From positions 37,912 to 101,911 of IMG/VR virus record IMGVR_UViG_3300018424_005577: a stretch of 64,000 bases of DNA; one strand, written 5' to 3'. The DNA is from a virus. Shown piece by piece: positions 60,201 to 64,000 of this stretch (the first letter of the stretch is position 1; every line of letters begins with the position of its first letter). The translations under genes and the position numbers were made by a program. The notes under the pieces were generated by a model. The model had not been told where the DNA came from. It saw only the letters and a list, made by a program, of their open reading frames with translations, and made no database searches.

Positions 60201-62079
60201 AGTTGCTGGTAGTTTTATTGTGGGACGTTCTTACACAATTCTAACAGTATCAGATACAGCATATACCTCTATTGGTGCGTTATCAAATCAACCAGGAACT
60301 ATATTTGTTGCAACCGGTGTTGGAGCAGGTAGCGGTACAGCAACACCTAATCAAGATGTTGCAGTTGCAATAAATCCTCAAGGATATTCAGCATACAGTT
60401 ATGATGGCGGTTTAACTTGGACACAAGGTGCTCAAGCATTGTCCGGAAGTGGCGGCAATATGCCTATGTCATACGGTAACGGAAAATGGATGGTAATAGA
60501 AGGCGGCACTAGCACAGGAGCAATAACAGCTAACGGCGGAACAAGTTGGACTGCAATTTCACTTCCGGTAGGAAATAATTGGGCCGATTTAGAATATGGT
60601 GCAGGTACTTGGGTAGCAGTAGCTTCAGACAGTAATACTATTGCTTATTCAACCGACGACGGCAATAGCTGGACTACAGCAGTTTTAACAGCCGCAGGTA
60701 ACACCGGATGGAATAGTGTTGCATTTGGTAATAACAAATGGATTGTTGCTAACGATAATGCAAATGCAGATATTGCATATAGCAACGATAACGCAGATAG
60801 TTGGACTATACTAGATGTAGGATTCAATAATGACTATATTGTTTATGGTGGAGGCGTGTTTGCTCTTACTAATAGCACAACAGTTCATACATCCTCAGAT
60901 GGTATTAATTGGACACAAAGAGCCGGAACAGTGCCAGCTAATGCAACCAGCAGTAAAGTAGCATTTGGTAATCCAAATTATGATTCAATGTTTGTATATG
61001 TTGATGATAATTCAACTACTACAAATAGAGTCAGAGCAGGTGCAAGAGCAAAAGCTAGAGCATATGTTTCAGAAACAAAAATATTTGCAATCAGAATAAC
61101 TGATCCAGGATCTAACTATACAAGTACACCTAGTATGAGTATTACTGATCCTAATAACATTTACGAAGCTCCAGTTCAAGTTAGAGTTGGCAACGGTGTT
61201 ATTGGTATCATTGACTTTAAGAACAGAGGCGCAGGCTACGTAAGTGCAAGTGCAAGTATAAGTGACGGTAACGGTTATGCTGACATTTATCAAAGTGGTA
61301 ACTTTATTGCAATAAGAAACAGCACAAATAGACCAGTATCTGGATCAAACGTAGTGTTTAGTCACTTACCAGATCAAACATTTAAACTAGTAAATGTTCT
61401 TACATTTAGAGGCGATTACGAAGGATCATATAATGCATTCTTCCAAATTAGTCCAGAAATGCCGATCTTTAGTTCACCTGAACACGGCGTAGAGGTAACA
61501 ACACGCATACGTTATTCACAAGTAAGATTAACAGGACACGACTTCCTTGATATTGGAACTGGAAACTTTGAAAATACAAACTATCCAGGACTACCATTAG
61601 TTGATCCTAACCAAGACAGAGAAACTGTTGATAGCAACGGTGGTCGTGTATTCTACACAAGTACAGACCAGGATGGTAACTTTAGAGTTGGTGAGCTGTT
61701 TACTATTGAGCAGTCAACTGGTATTGCAACATTGAATGCAGATGCATTTAACATAGCAGGACTACAAGAACTAACACTAGGTGAGGTAACACTAGGTGGT
61801 GGATCAGCAACTATTGAGGAATTTAGTACAGACCCGTTCTTTACACAAGATTCAGATAGTGTTATTCCAACACAAAGAGCAATCAAAGCGTATATTAGCT
61901 CACAAATTGGTGGCGGTGGTGCGTCACTGAACGTAAATAGTGTGACGTCAGGATTTATCTATATTGCAAACGATCAAATCACAACTACAACAGGCGGAGC
62001 AATAAGTGTGCAAGCAAATGTAAACTTCCAGGGAGGCGTAACAGGTCTTCCAATTGCTTGGAACTACTTTTTAACATAA
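54268..62079 (+). CDS. Giant fibre/adhesin D (2603 aa), paralogue of C with four CxRD helical domains
   Basis: Same architecture as 48617 plus KCERDMGY, SCRRDVGW, KCIRDTRL and KCRRDVNR repeats; TAAATA at 54233-54238. Confidence 0.85.
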   Translation: MAEFRLGRIKFVWQGDWAGGTTYYQDDVIRYGGRTYICVIGHTADSSFYTDLDFAPTRWNLLTDGQTWKDDWTTNTFYALNDIVKYGGNLYIATTAHTSAATSALGLEANQANWTNFAQGIDWKGAWATNTRYKINDVVSYGGKAYIATAGHTSQALASDGLEADIANWEEFNEGIAPKGDWATTTRYKVNDVVKYGAGLWICTAAHTSDGTTFNNDVANWDQFVEGFKFEDTWSDATEYKQGDVVVYGGNQYVSKTINTNANPVTQTSDWGELSKGFSFQNDWASGTAYKVGEVVRLRGYTYLATADSTGQEPPNASYWTRLTSGLSWQGEWLDDQAYKLGDVVRYDSNAYVCVLGHISEGDDFSTVNPADPGGGNENSRPDLDVTGTYWNVLSIGSETAVMTARGDMVYYSGSGPARLPIGTEGQILRAGTEDPEWVTLGETDHVYYVAPQGVDGPAPINGLTLDKPFKTIRYACEQVELGPRNPNAKRLLTLNKAFIQREIVEWTNYQITNNTAPFTTAFTYDTKKCERDMGYIIEALIHDIGHSSNEESRKAALSYVNDAGNFYTLGQEAETVASIEYGLALIENVLNQEAPATNYQAENSDSAAFVVVDQYFEAGIQAEAGALAELTSNVTIITDAITAGEADNIPAEYVPTKIINVKTGKYREVLPIIVPRETCILGDELRSVNAGPAGSLFDDIDSYYSMDTLERLKTVVSEVVVGTTVSASTGNTLTQNADFPYADTEEQNRIDKLIDVMMHNIDYKIGGRNFIESSSSIPVGYNTSFLAGYGDAKRNILGNKKFLQEEIIQYINNNYSTLKYSKTSCRRDVGWILDSVAYDITYGGNSQSINAGLAYYDGRDGDSVIDAGEKAATTAAWTYLKNLMISIAQAQTVTPLNSKYGQFKTTAGSAGAGTRIGELLDIIIGIVNLGTTNAPNVTVTDIATNVVTTSTSHGLSVGDRFRARTTSNGFVKNTNYWIISTPAANTFTVSDSYGGSVTSLTNGSGLAIVGDVVESATVDTSITVDGGASIQTDGEEISGATQDTVYAVIDELNKTNWHTDFIIQTANLTATTFQVYVGKSSIVHTYVSGGTVTKADGTVLNVQDFDYDNLTGQAEVTTTANHGLVAGDIVDIEEVLVTCTDAGGVRELTFPRSLSTDGQTTKTFYIQNKCIRDTRLVIDAVIYDYMFGIRDQVVRAGRSYLRANAADVYTKGQKASTLTAYETAKDYILANVTLSATDRFSDVWDKLDTIIYGGTTEGSNQVSDRNNVEYAARQIELNRDFIVAEASAWTQIRNKITVSSTTASGGIVTHAGNPNVQKFEAIEFSADIGGLTAGTTYYVYEVLSDTTFTVSATRYATSKITLIDETKAVTADLVYDDAKCRRDVNRYIDAIIYDLKYPGNYKSYMAARYYANGVIGSLEEDMYYVRNATGIRNQTLADLSGDLGPANAYGTRRPTAGAYVSLDPGWGPKDERVWINARSPYVQNVTTFGTAAVGQKIDGALHDGGNDSIVSNDFTQVISDGIGAWITNNGRAELVSVFTYYGHIGYLAENGGRIRGTNGNNSYGDFGSVAEGFDNRETPGTAIVDNRFQYVATVGDTITDGAQEILQLAFDNAGNNYSDVTWELNGAGTGVRVEQTDFRDDAVFDIRLLDNVDDSTNAPEADGNFGGTGYLTNANTAQGGTSTSLTIAATDDELSSAYIGMKLLLTGGSGAGQFGIIESYNAGNKIANIVKREKEVALTSISASSKYVITSLGNTDFTAIGASATPFVGEIFTATGAGSGTGTVDSVSDGWDNIRAGNTIVTPDASTTYVIEPEINFSEPAYENDAGTSAGSLLNGVYFIGLQKTFTNVSASGGKGNSATFDVTVKNQNYTVTLNTAGNNYERNDTLTILGSLVGGENNTNDITITLTSVNSTNGEVQAFDITGNARGGKFMGVASGVTSEYSYDGVDWTESGTNPSFAGGTQRVASVASGALTAQEVAGSFIVGRSYTILTVSDTAYTSIGALSNQPGTIFVATGVGAGSGTATPNQDVAVAINPQGYSAYSYDGGLTWTQGAQALSGSGGNMPMSYGNGKWMVIEGGTSTGAITANGGTSWTAISLPVGNNWADLEYGAGTWVAVASDSNTIAYSTDDGNSWTTAVLTAAGNTGWNSVAFGNNKWIVANDNANADIAYSNDNADSWTILDVGFNNDYIVYGGGVFALTNSTTVHTSSDGINWTQRAGTVPANATSSKVAFGNPNYDSMFVYVDDNSTTTNRVRAGARAKARAYVSETKIFAIRITDPGSNYTSTPSMSITDPNNIYEAPVQVRVGNGVIGIIDFKNRGAGYVSASASISDGNGYADIYQSGNFIAIRNSTNRPVSGSNVVFSHLPDQTFKLVNVLTFRGDYEGSYNAFFQISPEMPIFSSPEHGVEVTTRIRYSQVRLTGHDFLDIGTGNFENTNYPGLPLVDPNQDRETVDSNGGRVFYTSTDQDGNFRVGELFTIEQSTGIATLNADAFNIAGLQELTLGEVTLGGGSATIEEFSTDPFFTQDSDSVIPTQRAIKAYISSQIGGGGASLNVNSVTSGFIYIANDQITTTTGGAISVQANVNFQGGVTGLPIAWNYFLT

Positions 62080-62100
62080 ATACATTGGAGATTAAATAAA

Positions 62101-62421
62101 ATGGCAACAGGAAGATTAGGATCAGCAAACTTAGTAGCGGCGACTCCAGAAGTAATATATACCGTTGGTAACGATATATTCTCTGTCGTAACTGTGAACG
62201 TTTGTAATAGATCATCAAGTGCTGTAACTATAAATATAGCACTTTCTAGTGCTGATACAGCAACAGATGACGAGTACATAGAATTTGGTGCAGACTTAGT
62301 ACCTAACGGAGTGCTAGAAAGAACTGGATTAGTTATTGAATCCGGAACACGAGTGATTGTTACATCTAGCGGAAACGATGTGTCTGCAATGACTATGGGC
62401 ATTGAGACAGCAACGGTTTAA
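62101..62421 (+). CDS. Small beta-rich structural/adaptor protein (paralogue 3 of 3)
   Basis: IYTV, VCNR, LERTGLVI; TAAATA at 62077-62082. Confidence 0.75.
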   Translation: MATGRLGSANLVAATPEVIYTVGNDIFSVVTVNVCNRSSSAVTINIALSSADTATDDEYIEFGADLVPNGVLERTGLVIESGTRVIVTSSGNDVSAMTMGIETATV

Positions 62422-62431
62422 GGATTAAGAT

Positions 62432-63388
62432 ATGGGACGTAGAATATCAAACGGTGTAGCACTTCCAGGATTAGGTTCGCTATCAGTTGAAACAAATACT
62501 ATTGAAACAGTACAAGCAGGTGAAGATTTAATTTTAAATCCTTTAGGCGATGTAATTGTTACAAAGAATCTTGAAATAAACGGACAAGGTGATATGCGTT
62601 TGATGGATTCTGATAGTAGTAATTGGGTGGCTTTTCAAGCACCTGCAACAGTTAGTAGTAATGTCACATGGACACTACCGGATGCAGACGGAAGTGCAGA
62701 TCAATTTTTACAAACAAATGCAAGCGGTACACTTAATTGGGGAGACCCATACATAAGTAGAACAACTACTACTACAAACGCTACACAGTATATTACTTTT
62801 AGTAATGCAAATAGTAATGCTACAATTACAGATGTTTTAGTTAACGCTAATCTCCAATACAATCCTAGCACAGGACAACTAAAACTTGCTGATAACACTA
62901 CCTCTAGTAGTAAAACTACAGGTACACTTGTTGTAACAGGCGGCGTAGGTATAAGTGGTACAACATTTGCCGCAGACATGCGTGTAGATAGTTTAGGTGT
63001 TAACACTAACGCTTCAGGTACAGCCGGCGAAATTAGAGCAACCAACGCAATTACTGCATTTTATTCTGATAAAAGATTAAAAGATATAAAAGAAAATATT
63101 AGCGATGCACTAGATAAAGTTGCATCACTTAATGGTGTTGTATATACTCAAAACAAAAAAGCAGAAGAATATGGGTATGACGACTACAGTCAACAAGTTG
63201 GACTTATTGCTCAAGAAGTACAGGAAGTACTTCCGGAGATAGTGAAGCCAGCACCATTTGATATTGATGAAAACAATAACAGTATAAGCGGCGAAAATTA
63301 TCTTACTATCCAATATGAAAAAGTTATTCCTTTGCTTGTAGAAGCAATTAAAGAGTTGAAAGCGCAGGTAGAAGAATTAAAAAAGTAG
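62432..63388 (+). CDS. Tail fibre with C-terminal intramolecular chaperone (peptidase S74)
   Basis: YSDKRLK auto-cleavage motif from 63062, GLIAQEVQEVLPE, Y....PLLVEAIKELK. Confidence 0.9.
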   Translation: MGRRISNGVALPGLGSLSVETNTIETVQAGEDLILNPLGDVIVTKNLEINGQGDMRLMDSDSSNWVAFQAPATVSSNVTWTLPDADGSADQFLQTNASGTLNWGDPYISRTTTTTNATQYITFSNANSNATITDVLVNANLQYNPSTGQLKLADNTTSSSKTTGTLVVTGGVGISGTTFAADMRVDSLGVNTNASGTAGEIRATNAITAFYSDKRLKDIKENISDALDKVASLNGVVYTQNKKAEEYGYDDYSQQVGLIAQEVQEVLPEIVKPAPFDIDENNNSISGENYLTIQYEKVIPLLVEAIKELKAQVEELKK

Positions 63389-63398
63389 AGTTTGATAA

Positions 63399-64000
63399 AT
63401 GACAACAAAGTTAAAACAGTATTCAGTTAAAATAGGAGCAGGTACAAAAGCAAATCGTACTGGATCACCAGTCGAAGGTGATATAAGATATAACACTGAA
63501 AACAAATCCTATGAGCTGTATAAAAATAATGCATACGGCACTGATGGTTGGTACGGAGTTGGCGGAAGACATCTACTAGCAAGGCAAGCAGTATCTGGAA
63601 CTTGGTCAAGTTTGGATTTAAATTGGGGCAGTTCGAATTATAGATATGCGTTTTACGAAGTAAGTTGTGTGCTAGCCGATCCCGGTTCTAGCAATGCCTA
63701 TCTACAGTTACGCTGGAGAAATGATAGCGGTGTAGACAGCGGCAGTGATTATGGCACTGCTATTGGATTTCACTGTGCAAATGATGGTTGGGATCTTGCA
63801 CATCAAAACAATAGATTAAATTCAAACCCAACTAGTAGACATTTTATTTCGCCTACTAACGGTTCTTATCAATTGGCATCAACAGCAGAAGATCACTATC
63901 ACATGCAAACATTTGTAGCTAATTTACCTACAAATTCACATGAGCAAAAAATTATAAATGGTTGGTATAGTTATAGAAGTGAAAATAGAACAGGTGGCGG
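63399..64000 (+). CDS. Tail fibre/receptor-binding protein, partial (runs off right edge)
   Basis: Not in ORF track; MTTKLKQYSVKIGAGTKANRTGSPVEGDIRYNTENKSYELY... carries the same G-x-IRYNT adaptor motif. Confidence 0.75.
   Translation, partial: MTTKLKQYSVKIGAGTKANRTGSPVEGDIRYNTENKSYELYKNNAYGTDGWYGVGGRHLLARQAVSGTWSSLDLNWGSSNYRYAFYEVSCVLADPGSSNAYLQLRWRNDSGVDSGSDYGTAIGFHCANDGWDLAHQNNRLNSNPTSRHFISPTNGSYQLASTAEDHYHMQTFVANLPTNSHEQKIINGWYSYRSENRTGG

Noticed and set aside
1-64000. tRNA/rRNA genes, integrase, transposons, inteins, alternative genetic code
   Set aside because: None recognised; core genes are full length and uninterrupted under the standard code, with TAA, TAG and TGA all used as stops

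Overview
AT-rich 64-kb segment of a large T4-like myovirus (lytic dsDNA phage), probably aquatic. It holds a minus-strand baseplate cluster (a giant wedge gene running off the left edge, then gp6-, gp25-, gp5-, gp27-, gp53- and gp48/54-like genes), the late sigma factor gp55 and the gp47/gp46 (Mre11/Rad50) nuclease. Next come a short GIY-YIG protein followed by a ~340-nt highly structured non-coding region, a gp26-like chaperone with a canonical -1 frameshift signal beside the tape-measure gene, and the head module (portal, scaffolds, protease, major capsid). About 31 kb of giant paralogous tail-fibre/adhesin genes close the window. Between the capsid gene and the fibre genes is a ~0.9-kb islet missed by the ORF track. 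It carries a Methylophilaceae-type pqqA peptide gene, a glutamine (glnA-class) riboswitch in front of a 32-aa basic peptide, a stand-alone manA-like RNA with its own promoter and terminator, and a structured leader. The best candidates for undescribed biology are the GIY-YIG/large-ncRNA/DNA-hairpin locus, phycobiliprotein-like CxRD helical repeats in a virion fibre, and the frameshift. All family assignments come from motif recognition by eye and all RNA pairings were derived by hand; no searches were run.
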